Assembly: GCA_027298025.1 (NCBI GenBank)
Contig: JAPUGV010000277.1
Coordinates: 1-47,759, forward strand
Length of the DNA stretch: 47,759 nt
Source: Chloroflexota bacterium
GTDB lineage: Bacteria > Chloroflexota > Anaerolineae > Anaerolineales > E44-bin32
Reading direction: 5' to 3'
The translations under genes and the position numbers were made by a program. A model generated the notes under the pieces. The model worked only from the letters and a program-made list of their open reading frames with translations, was not told the origin of the DNA and made no database searches. Of the stretch, positions 28,603 through 36,891 are shown piece after piece (positions within the stretch are counted from its first letter, which is position 1; each line of letters starts with the position of its first letter).

Positions 28603-29814
28603 ATGCAATCACTCGATTTACTGACTCAACTCCACCGTCCATCCTCGGCGAAGATCATTCTGCTCGTTTTAGACGGTCTTGGGGGCCTTCCGATGCAGAC
28701 TGGAGGGGCAACCGCGCTCGAAGCAGCCGCGACCCCTAATCTTGACCGGCTAGCTCAAGAAGGAACGACCGGCCAAACGATCCCCATTCTGCATGGTGTA
28801 GCGCCTGGGTCGGGCCCAGCGCACCTTTCGCTTTTTGGGTACGATCCCCTGAAATACGATGTCGGCCGCGGCGTCCTGGAGGCCACCGGCATTGGATTGC
28901 AGGTCGCCCCCGGGGATGTAGCGGCGAGGGGAAATTTCTGCACGCTCGATGGTGACGGCCTGATCACAGATCGACGCGCAGGCCGATTACCATCCGAGGC
29001 GGCCGCTCCGCTGGTGGAACAGCTGGACTCGATTAAGATCCCCGGGTACACGTTCGAAATCCGACAGGTTCGAGAGTACCGCTTCGCCCTGGTTGCTAGA
29101 GGAGAGGGACTTGAGCCAGGGCTTTCTGACACCGATCCCCAGCGAGTGGGCCAGGCTCCGCTGCAGGTTGTCCCCGAAACGCCGCAGTCACAGGCGTCAG
29201 CGGAGCTGTTCAACCAATGGATTGAGGCCTCTCGTTCCGTGCTTGCCCAAGAACCTCTGGCCAACGGGCTGACTCTGCGAGGATTCTCGACCGATCCCGA
29301 GTTGCCACAGTTCGGCCAGAGCTACGGTCTGAATGCGCTCTGCGTGGCGGTGTATCCGATGTACAAAGGTGTTGCCAAGCTGGTTGGCATGGAAATCCTG
29401 GAGTTTGAAGGTGAAGATCCCGCCGATGAATTCTCCGCCCTCGGACCCCGATGGGACGAGTTCGATTTTGCCTTCATTCATGTGAAGGCTCCCGACAGCC
29501 GGGGCGAAGACGGAGACTTTGAGGGGAAGGCGGCGGTTATCGAGCAGATTGACCGGGAACTCGGCCGGCTGATGGACCTCGAACCGGCAGTGCTCGCGGT
29601 AACGGGTGACCATTCCACCCCGGCACGCATGCGATCGCACTCCTGGCATCCCGTACCTCTGCTGATATGGGCGCCCGATACTGTGCGACCGGATGACTCA
29701 CTTAATTTTGGAGAGCGCGACTGTGCCCGTGGCGGGCTGGGAACCTTTCCTGCCAAGTCCTTGATGGCGCTGCTGCTCGCCCACGCCGGCCGTCTCAACA
29801 AGTTCGGCGCCTAA
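28603..29814 (+). CDS. apgM: 2,3-BPG-independent phosphoglycerate mutase, ApgM (archaeal-type) family
   Basis: LDGLG, TPNLD, PGSGPAHL, RGNF, DRRAGR, TGDHSTP and HSWHPVP; start moved downstream of the hairpin. Confidence 0.88.
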   Translation: MQSLDLLTQLHRPSSAKIILLVLDGLGGLPMQTGGATALEAAATPNLDRLAQEGTTGQTIPILHGVAPGSGPAHLSLFGYDPLKYDVGRGVLEATGIGLQVAPGDVAARGNFCTLDGDGLITDRRAGRLPSEAAAPLVEQLDSIKIPGYTFEIRQVREYRFALVARGEGLEPGLSDTDPQRVGQAPLQVVPETPQSQASAELFNQWIEASRSVLAQEPLANGLTLRGFSTDPELPQFGQSYGLNALCVAVYPMYKGVAKLVGMEILEFEGEDPADEFSALGPRWDEFDFAFIHVKAPDSRGEDGDFEGKAAVIEQIDRELGRLMDLEPAVLAVTGDHSTPARMRSHSWHPVPLLIWAPDTVRPDDSLNFGERDCARGGLGTFPAKSLMALLLAHAGRLNKFGA

Positions 29815-30494
29815 CCGGTGCGTGAGAGAAGCAAGCGCGAGATCATGTACAGCAGGCCGGCCTGGACCAGAGTCGCCACACCGACGGTACCAAAGGCCAC
29901 CTGCCAGAAACGTACGGGGAATAACCGAATCAAGGTGTCGCTGAACAGGAAGGTCCACGTATTTGGATCGAAGAAGACCTCGTGGAAGCCAACAAAAAGC
30001 ACCGAGAACGCGACGATCAACCCTATCAGCAGAATGACCATGACCAGCGCGGTCAGCTTGGCACCTCCCTGCAGGGTTTCCCAGATATATTGGCTGCCGG
30101 CGACTCTCCACAAGAGCACGCTGGTGGCGAGCGCGGTAACCAATCCAATGCGCCAGAGGTTTAAGGCTGCTCGGGTGACCTGCTTGACGTCCGCCATGTG
30201 GCCGAGCTCGCGCAGATTGTAAACCGGGGTGCCATCATCAAATTGCTGATCCCCAAGAAACTCGATTTCCGCATCATTCAGCAGATATTCGAGCGCGATA
30301 GGAGCATGGCGGAGCCGATCCGCTTGGGTAAACCCGTATAAGTCCCTCGGGAAGCCAGGCAGGGCATAATTGAAGCGCACGAAAGTGCTGGTCATCATCA
30401 GCCGCACGCTTGTCAGCACAAGGATTACCGGAATGAGCACTTGCAGGAAGACGCGCGCTGCCGTCAGCCATCCGGGTTGCGAAGTCGCATCCAT
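29811..30494 (-). CDS. TIGR01906/DUF1461 membrane protein, Lit (lipoprotein intramolecular transacylase)-like
   Basis: Four TM helices with ExxHMxDVK, FxxFHxxFF, WxF and LIRLFP motifs typical of the family. Confidence 0.8.
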   Translation of the reverse strand: MDATSQPGWLTAARVFLQVLIPVILVLTSVRLMMTSTFVRFNYALPGFPRDLYGFTQADRLRHAPIALEYLLNDAEIEFLGDQQFDDGTPVYNLRELGHMADVKQVTRAALNLWRIGLVTALATSVLLWRVAGSQYIWETLQGGAKLTALVMVILLIGLIVAFSVLFVGFHEVFFDPNTWTFLFSDTLIRLFPVRFWQVAFGTVGVATLVQAGLLYMISRLLLSRTG

Positions 30495-32062
30495 CAGGGC
30501 AGTCCTTCCATCCCCCCCAGCACAAATTGGAGCACAATCGAGTTGATTAGTTGTTCGACCGGCGCACGATCATCGGTGAACACGATGTCCGTTTCGGGCG
30601 TGGTTCGGATGTTCGCCGTCGCACGGTTGAGCACATCGATCAGTTCATTCGGTGCCTCGCGTCCTTCCAGGGCCAGGAGGTTTTCCACCAGGTTAGTGGC
30701 CTGCGTCGGCTCTCGCGTAGCATACAACAGCGAATTGAAGCTTCCCGGCACATCCACCAGATATACCGAGGGAAAGACGGCCTGGATCGTTCCAGCCAGT
30801 GCCTCGATCAGCCGTCTATCCTCAGCAGTACGCCCCACGTTTATCGCTAACACCCCCCGATCTTCAAGATGATCCGCCACGTTTTGGAAAAACTCAACCG
30901 AAGTTAGTTCCCAGGGAATATAGGGCGCGCGATAAGCGTCGATCGCGATGACCGAATACAGGTGCTCGCTTTGTTCAAGACCCGTGCGACCATCGGCTAC
31001 AATCGCATTTAGGTTTGGCTCGTTCATATCGAAGTATTCGCGGCCGACGCGGATGATCTCTGGATCGATTTCCCATCCATCGATAGGTACCGGTCCGAAA
31101 ATCTCTGAATACTGCTTCGCAATCGTGCCCCCGGCCAGGCCAATTAAACCCACCCGTCCAAGATCATCTAGCTCCACCGGGGCGGGATTGAAAAAAGGCG
31201 CTACGAGAAACATTTCCCATGTGCCGTATCCGTATGGAGGTGCACCTTCCTCCGGCAAATATATCGAGTGTTCCGCCAACCCCTCATTCAGGTAGAGCAG
31301 GCGCACGCCATCGTTCTCCACTACCTGGATGTAATTGTACGAGGACTCCGTTTCATACAGCGAACCGTCCTTGATTGGACCCGAGAGCGCCAGAGCGGAC
31401 AGGCCGATCAGCGCGATCGGCATCCATGCGTATCGCAGCATCCTGCGCGCACCACTCTCGAAGGCCAGACCTCCAAGTGCCATTAGCAGTAGAACTAGAC
31501 TGAACAAGAGGAACGTGCGGGCGGTGCCGATCGTTGGGATCAGCCATAATACCGGCAGAAAGGTTCCAAGAATCGAGCCTACGGTTGAAACCGCATACAC
31601 CCTTCCCGATGTGCGGCCCGCTTTCGCCGTCTCCGTGATCGAAAGACGGATAGCGAAGGGGGATACGCAGCCCAGCAGTGTGATCGGGACAACGAAGAGT
31701 ACGAGCACTGAAATGAAGGAACCGACCATAATCGCCGCGTCCAGTGCCTGCACTGCGACCGCCGCCTGCCGCAACACGGGCCGGGAAATTAGCGGCACCA
31801 GCCCCGCAGTGAACGCCCCCCACGCGATGATGCGATAGAAGGTGTCAGCATAGGGAGAGCGATCGGCCCATCGGCCGCCTATGAAGTAGCCGGCAGCCAA
31901 GTAAATCAGGATGAGGCCGATAATGTTTGCCCACACGATATTGCTGGTACCAAACACCGTGCCGAGCAATCGAGCGGCCGTGATTTCAATCGCCAGGGTC
32001 GTCATGCCGGCGGTGAAAACCGCAAGAATGATGAGCCTCTCACGCGTAATCAATCTGGTCAT
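30494..32062 (-). CDS. fused membrane (MFS-like) domain / spermidine synthase-like SAM-dependent transferase
   Basis: About 7 TM helices (EIxAxRLL, GGRWAD, YAVSTVGSILG) followed by IGLAGG, EID, DGR, IDAY and TDD motifs; start at ATG 32062. Confidence 0.85.
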   Translation of the reverse strand: MTRLITRERLIILAVFTAGMTTLAIEITAARLLGTVFGTSNIVWANIIGLILIYLAAGYFIGGRWADRSPYADTFYRIIAWGAFTAGLVPLISRPVLRQAAVAVQALDAAIMVGSFISVLVLFVVPITLLGCVSPFAIRLSITETAKAGRTSGRVYAVSTVGSILGTFLPVLWLIPTIGTARTFLLFSLVLLLMALGGLAFESGARRMLRYAWMPIALIGLSALALSGPIKDGSLYETESSYNYIQVVENDGVRLLYLNEGLAEHSIYLPEEGAPPYGYGTWEMFLVAPFFNPAPVELDDLGRVGLIGLAGGTIAKQYSEIFGPVPIDGWEIDPEIIRVGREYFDMNEPNLNAIVADGRTGLEQSEHLYSVIAIDAYRAPYIPWELTSVEFFQNVADHLEDRGVLAINVGRTAEDRRLIEALAGTIQAVFPSVYLVDVPGSFNSLLYATREPTQATNLVENLLALEGREAPNELIDVLNRATANIRTTPETDIVFTDDRAPVEQLINSIVLQFVLGGMEGLP

Positions 32063-32091
32063 GGATAATCGCAGAATTGTACTTCGTTGAA

Positions 32092-33177
32092 CTATTGCGC
32101 CACCAGGATCGCCAATAGGGCAGACCAAAAGAGACTGTACCGCAGCGGCCGCAAGAGTTGTTGCGAGGCGGAAAACAAAATCACAGCCAGTACCAGGCCG
32201 CTTGCAAATCGCACCAGCCCTAGCGGCTCACGAAAGGTCGAGAACGGCAGGGCCATCACCGCAATTCCATTCCCGAGCAGCGACCAGGTTTCCGCCGAAG
32301 ACATGCCTCTGAGGATCGATCGAACGGAGACGACTACGGCCCATATCGTGGGCAGCACGATTGTTGGCAAGAACATAATGAGAAACAGACCCAGTGCGAG
32401 CATGTCCACAGATCCGATGCGAAATAATCCCATGAAGGGGATCCACTCGAATGAGGTGGCCATATCCCCACCGCTTCCCAGTCCAAGGCTCCCAAAGGTC
32501 CTCCAAAGCCAGGCCTGCCAGCCGATGAAGATCACCAGGGAGGCCAGATAGGCGACTAAGGGACGAGTTCTCCGTTGCCCGGTCAGCTCAGCCAGGAGGG
32601 CGGCGGCCAAGAAAATGATCGTGGTTTCTTTTGCAAACAGGGCCAGGCCGAGCAGCAGTGCACTCCACACGACCCTGCCTCTCGCTCTTAGCAGCCATCC
32701 CCCCGCCGCGAGGCCATAGGCCAGGGGTTCCCCAAGTCCCACCCCAATGGGAGCCACCAGGCCCACCCATAAGCCATAAGACAGCGCATACCAGGGATTC
32801 AACACCCGATCCAGCAGGAAGCGCGCGACCGCCCACGTGCCTCCCCAGTGCGCCAGCAGGCCCGCAATCACCAAAGTCCATGGCAGCCAGGCTTCGACCC
32901 CCATCGACATCAAGCGTGCGGAGAGCGGGAACAGGATCCGTTGATACCGATAGGCGGGGACATCCAATTTCGGCCCGACTTCTTTCGGGTCGGGGTTCGA
33001 GGCGATGTAGTAGGAAAACTGCCCATCGTACCCGGGCGAGCCACCCTCAATTCCCTGAGAAAAGCGGGTACCCAACTCGAAGAGTTCGATTGGCGCCCAG
33101 CCAAGGCTTGCCAGGCGCCAGACAACGTAGGCGGCTGCTGCCAGGGTCGATATCGTTGCTGGCCAGAAGGCTCTCAT
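32092..33177 (-). CDS. GT-C-like polytopic membrane protein (AZOBR_p60025-like)
   Basis: GYDGQF, D.PAYRYQRIL.P, E and AKE motifs; ATGA overlap with upstream gene. Confidence 0.7.
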   Translation of the reverse strand: MRAFWPATISTLAAAAYVVWRLASLGWAPIELFELGTRFSQGIEGGSPGYDGQFSYYIASNPDPKEVGPKLDVPAYRYQRILFPLSARLMSMGVEAWLPWTLVIAGLLAHWGGTWAVARFLLDRVLNPWYALSYGLWVGLVAPIGVGLGEPLAYGLAAGGWLLRARGRVVWSALLLGLALFAKETTIIFLAAALLAELTGQRRTRPLVAYLASLVIFIGWQAWLWRTFGSLGLGSGGDMATSFEWIPFMGLFRIGSVDMLALGLFLIMFLPTIVLPTIWAVVVSVRSILRGMSSAETWSLLGNGIAVMALPFSTFREPLGLVRFASGLVLAVILFSASQQLLRPLRYSLFWSALLAILVAQ

Positions 33178-35372
33178 TTGCGACTCAGGTATGCGAAAGC
33201 CGCCAACCCCACAAGGGACAGCGCAAGGCCGATGGGGACCGTGGTCGGACGGTAGCTGAAGTTCACCGTGTGTTGTCCCGCTGGAACCCACACGGCTCTC
33301 ATAACCCCATATGCAGGATAGCTTTCGGTGGCCCGACCATCGAGCTCGGCCGTCCATCCTGGATACCAGGTATCTGCCAGCACCAGCCAGCCTCCCTCCG
33401 GCGCCTCAACCGCAAGCTCCACCTCGTTTGGACCCTTATCTTGGAGGGCCGTCACCACGCCCAGACCGCCCACCTCCGGTCGGGGATCCCCTTCCAGCAG
33501 CACTTCTTCGGATGGGTCGAATTCTGGAGCGGTCGTTTTGCGGATGGCCTCCGTTGGACTCGTCACCCACTCTGCTCTCGGAACAATCCAGGCCCGCACT
33601 GGAGCCGATACCGGGTCATAGTGAGTCGGAACGTCCACAGCCTGCCATCCAACGTCCATATAGCGCAGCAATCGGTCGCGCAGCGCGGGGGTCGTACGTT
33701 CCAGTTGCACCATCCATGCGACATATCTTGCGGGGAGCAGAGGATCGAAATTGTTGACGGATGGTAGTCGATCCAGCAATAGCGTATTCGGCAGACCACT
33801 TTCTCGAACGATCCGCCAGTCGAGCTCGGGTTGAAAGTCGTCAAATCGAAACGCTATATCAAACTTAATTTCTCTCTCCACGTCTTGCGACATGTACAGA
33901 CGATGGTCACCAGACACTTCCTCACTGAGAGCGGTCGGGGCCGAGTTGAACTGGGCTGGTAATGTGGGATTGAGCCCACGACCGGCAAGGAAGAGGTCGA
34001 GCACAACGACACCGAGGGCGGCCGCGGTCCATCCTTTTCGGGCCGGATCCGTGCGCAGAAGTGTCAGGATTCCGCTGGCGGCCAGCCAGAGCCCGGCCAC
34101 GGCAATCGCGCGGGTGAAAGTCGGTTGGATGTCGGTCTCAAGTAAGCCGATCAGGGCGGCGACCACCAGGACGGCAACCGATCCGGCGGTGCCAAGGCGA
34201 ATCCAATAGAGTTTCCGCCCCCCCGCAACCTTCCAATGTTCGGCTCCCAGGCCTGCGAGCAGCGACAGAGAGGCAATCAGCCAGAGATTCCAACGTGTGG
34301 GCGCCTGGAATAAGGAAAACGTCGGGACATTCTCGAAAAGGAAGGTGAAGATGGGCGTGTTGTTTCCGAGGCTCAGTAGAAATGCGACCGCTGCAGTCCC
34401 GAGCAGGAACCATCTAAGACGGCCGCTCCTTTTGGAAAAGAGTGCACCGACGGCCAGGAGGAATGGAAGCACCCCTATGTAGATCGCGTCTTCCCAGAAA
34501 TTTCCGTAACCCCAGAAATCTGCTGTCCGCGGATTGCCATAAAGATCGGGCGCAACGAGCCCGAATAACCGCCAGGGCCAAAACGAATAGGTCAATGCGA
34601 ATTCAGGGTCTAGATCACCAGCCCGGTTGGAAACCGACACATACTCCAGTGTCGGAATGAGCTGCACGGCGGCAATGGCAAATGCGAGCACCCCGGCCGC
34701 CACCAGAGACACGACTGCTTTTCCAGCCGAGCCTGAGTAGAAGCGCGTACGGTATGCGACCCACGCAGCGGCCAGAATTAGCGTGTACCATGCGATCTGC
34801 GCGTGTCCTGAGAGCCACTGGAGGCCGAGCACCAGACCGAGCAAGGCCACGGTGCGCGGCTTGGGCTTTTGTGACAAGCCCTCTGCGGCAAACAGGATCC
34901 AGGGTAGCCAGGCCGCGGCGGCATTGATACTGAGGAAGCCTGATCTGGCAACCAGGTACCCAGACATCCCGTACGCAAGCCCTGCGATGGCCTGGGCAAA
35001 CGCACCGAGCCTCACGGACCGAGCAAGCAATGCCATGCCGAATCCGGCCCATATGAGGTGCAGCAAAACCAACAGCGTTTGGCCCCACGAGACATCCGTC
35101 GCTAGCAATATCCAGTTCGGCGGATACAGCAGCGCCGATTGATAATTCGCCAGCAGCGGTGCTCCCATTCCCAGCCACGGGTTCCACAATGGGAAGTGGC
35201 CCAAAAAAGCGATCTCTTTGGCCGCAGTGTGCCATGGCGTGAACTGCAGTAAGGGAGCACCCCAGAAAAGCGCCCGACCTCGGATCAGGTCGATTCCGAA
35301 GAGAAGAATCGGCCCGACTGCAATTGGCAGCCAGGGAAGTGCCTTACGGAAGGCAGGTTTGGTAGAGTTCAT
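33174..35372 (-). CDS. YfhO-family GT-C membrane glycosyltransferase (copy B2)
   Basis: PLWNP..GxP..YPPNW, GHAQ, and C-terminal YPGW...RAV.VPAGxHxVxFxYxP plus a final TM helix. Confidence 0.8.
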   Translation of the reverse strand: MNSTKPAFRKALPWLPIAVGPILLFGIDLIRGRALFWGAPLLQFTPWHTAAKEIAFLGHFPLWNPWLGMGAPLLANYQSALLYPPNWILLATDVSWGQTLLVLLHLIWAGFGMALLARSVRLGAFAQAIAGLAYGMSGYLVARSGFLSINAAAAWLPWILFAAEGLSQKPKPRTVALLGLVLGLQWLSGHAQIAWYTLILAAAWVAYRTRFYSGSAGKAVVSLVAAGVLAFAIAAVQLIPTLEYVSVSNRAGDLDPEFALTYSFWPWRLFGLVAPDLYGNPRTADFWGYGNFWEDAIYIGVLPFLLAVGALFSKRSGRLRWFLLGTAAVAFLLSLGNNTPIFTFLFENVPTFSLFQAPTRWNLWLIASLSLLAGLGAEHWKVAGGRKLYWIRLGTAGSVAVLVVAALIGLLETDIQPTFTRAIAVAGLWLAASGILTLLRTDPARKGWTAAALGVVVLDLFLAGRGLNPTLPAQFNSAPTALSEEVSGDHRLYMSQDVEREIKFDIAFRFDDFQPELDWRIVRESGLPNTLLLDRLPSVNNFDPLLPARYVAWMVQLERTTPALRDRLLRYMDVGWQAVDVPTHYDPVSAPVRAWIVPRAEWVTSPTEAIRKTTAPEFDPSEEVLLEGDPRPEVGGLGVVTALQDKGPNEVELAVEAPEGGWLVLADTWYPGWTAELDGRATESYPAYGVMRAVWVPAGQHTVNFSYRPTTVPIGLALSLVGLAAFAYLSRK

Positions 35373-36891
35373 ATCCGCCTTGACCGTCCAAGAGATCCAA
35401 ACACTCCCATTCCTGCGGGTCCCAATCGCCAAGGGCGCGCTCTCTAGGTCCGAAAATCACATAGGTGATTCGCTCTTCTCGTATGAGTGACATTCGCTGT
35501 TCTTCTGTCCCTGAAACCTGATAGAAATCTTCGATCCTGGGTTTCAATCCGGCCAGCCCCGCGGTCTCAGGCCCGTGACCGGCGACAACTCGCACCGGTG
35601 CCCAAGCCGGTAGGGGATTGCTGGTTTCGAACGAGGCCAGCACAATCGCCGACGGCTCCGCCAGCTGACTCAGGCGGCGAAATGCCTCGACCTCTTCCTG
35701 AGGTCGGAAGGCAGGCTCTCGAGCGTTCAGCGCAAGCTCAAATCCCCCGGCCAGGATCAAGAGGCTGCTAGGGATCAACAAGATGGCCATGGCGACCCTT
35801 CCAAGCCTCCGCCTTGGGCCTCCTTCGAGCGTAGCAAGCCCCGCCGCCGCCAGCACGGTCAGCGCCACCCAGCCACCCTCTGGAAGTCGGCGCTGTATGT
35901 TTAGCGGCGCCCACGCCAACGCCGGGATGGCAATCGCCCAGGCAACCGGAAACAACAACGCCTCCCGATTTCGACGTAGCAGACTACCCGCACCTATGAA
36001 AGCGGCAGGTAGCAGAATGCCGAACGCTAGCAGATACAGGATGGGATGAGGCGAAAGGATGAGATTTTGAGCGGTCCAGGCTTGCAGGTATGGATCCGTG
36101 AGCGCTTTATAGCCAAGGTACGCACTCAGTGGGACGGAGGGCAGGATCGAGCGCGCGAGGCGTTTCATCCAATGGGCCTTATTCGCTCCAAATCCCAGGA
36201 CCGCAATCGCGTGCGCGGCCAGTACTGCAAAGGCAGAGAGCAATTCGGGAGAATGGATTAGGCCCGCAAGAAGCAGGGCAAAGCCTGAGCGCCAGCTCGA
36301 TTCATCCTGTAGATACCAGACAAAGCCGAGGAGCATCAGCGCTCTTCCCAGCGTCAGATGCGGCAGACCGTATATGGCCAGGAACCCGAAGGTCTCCGGA
36401 GAGTAAAACTCTAGAGGCAGACTGCCGGCAACCGCCGGCTGTCCCAGAAAAATCAGAAACCAACCCAGCCCTCCCCCGATTGTTGCGATAACCACCGTCC
36501 AGCGGCGCAGCCCAATGTTTTCAATAAACAACGACGAGAACCGGTACACCGCGAGCACCAGGGCTGGGATAGCCAACACGCGAAACAAGTGGTAGAGCGC
36601 CACCAGCTGGCCATGAGATCCGTCGCTCGCTTTACCGAGCAAGAGGTACGGCAAGAACGCTAGAACGCCGGTTTGCTCTGTTGCGGAATACGGGCTTCTA
36701 AAGAGCCAAGCTCCCTCAAATCCCGAGAGCATCTTAGCGATGTACGAATTGCCGTCTTCTGCAGCGATGAGAAATCCGGTGAAGGTCCAATCATGTGTCG
36801 GGCTTGTGGCTGCCAGCAAGTAAGGCAGGCTTGTTACAAGTGCCAGCATCAACGAGTAGAGCAGGGCCCAGCGAATCTCGCTTCTCGTCAA
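35344..36891 (-). CDS. uncharacterised polytopic membrane protein, GT-C-like (copy A2)
   Basis: First-loop DGNSYIAKM, PE, PH, QRR, and soluble C-terminal domain with GHGPET and YVIFGPRE. Confidence 0.65.
   Translation of the reverse strand: MTRSEIRWALLYSLMLALVTSLPYLLAATSPTHDWTFTGFLIAAEDGNSYIAKMLSGFEGAWLFRSPYSATEQTGVLAFLPYLLLGKASDGSHGQLVALYHLFRVLAIPALVLAVYRFSSLFIENIGLRRWTVVIATIGGGLGWFLIFLGQPAVAGSLPLEFYSPETFGFLAIYGLPHLTLGRALMLLGFVWYLQDESSWRSGFALLLAGLIHSPELLSAFAVLAAHAIAVLGFGANKAHWMKRLARSILPSVPLSAYLGYKALTDPYLQAWTAQNLILSPHPILYLLAFGILLPAAFIGAGSLLRRNREALLFPVAWAIAIPALAWAPLNIQRRLPEGGWVALTVLAAAGLATLEGGPRRRLGRVAMAILLIPSSLLILAGGFELALNAREPAFRPQEEVEAFRRLSQLAEPSAIVLASFETSNPLPAWAPVRVVAGHGPETAGLAGLKPRIEDFYQVSGTEEQRMSLIREERITYVIFGPRERALGDWDPQEWECLDLLDGQGGYELYQTCLP

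Noticed and set aside
27623-28642. 339-aa antisense ORF
   Set aside because: Shadow of the conserved ABC ATPase; no motifs; expected in GC-rich coding DNA.
32631-33767. 378-aa plus-strand ORF
   Set aside because: Pro/Arg/Ser-rich off-frame translation antisense to two well-supported membrane genes.
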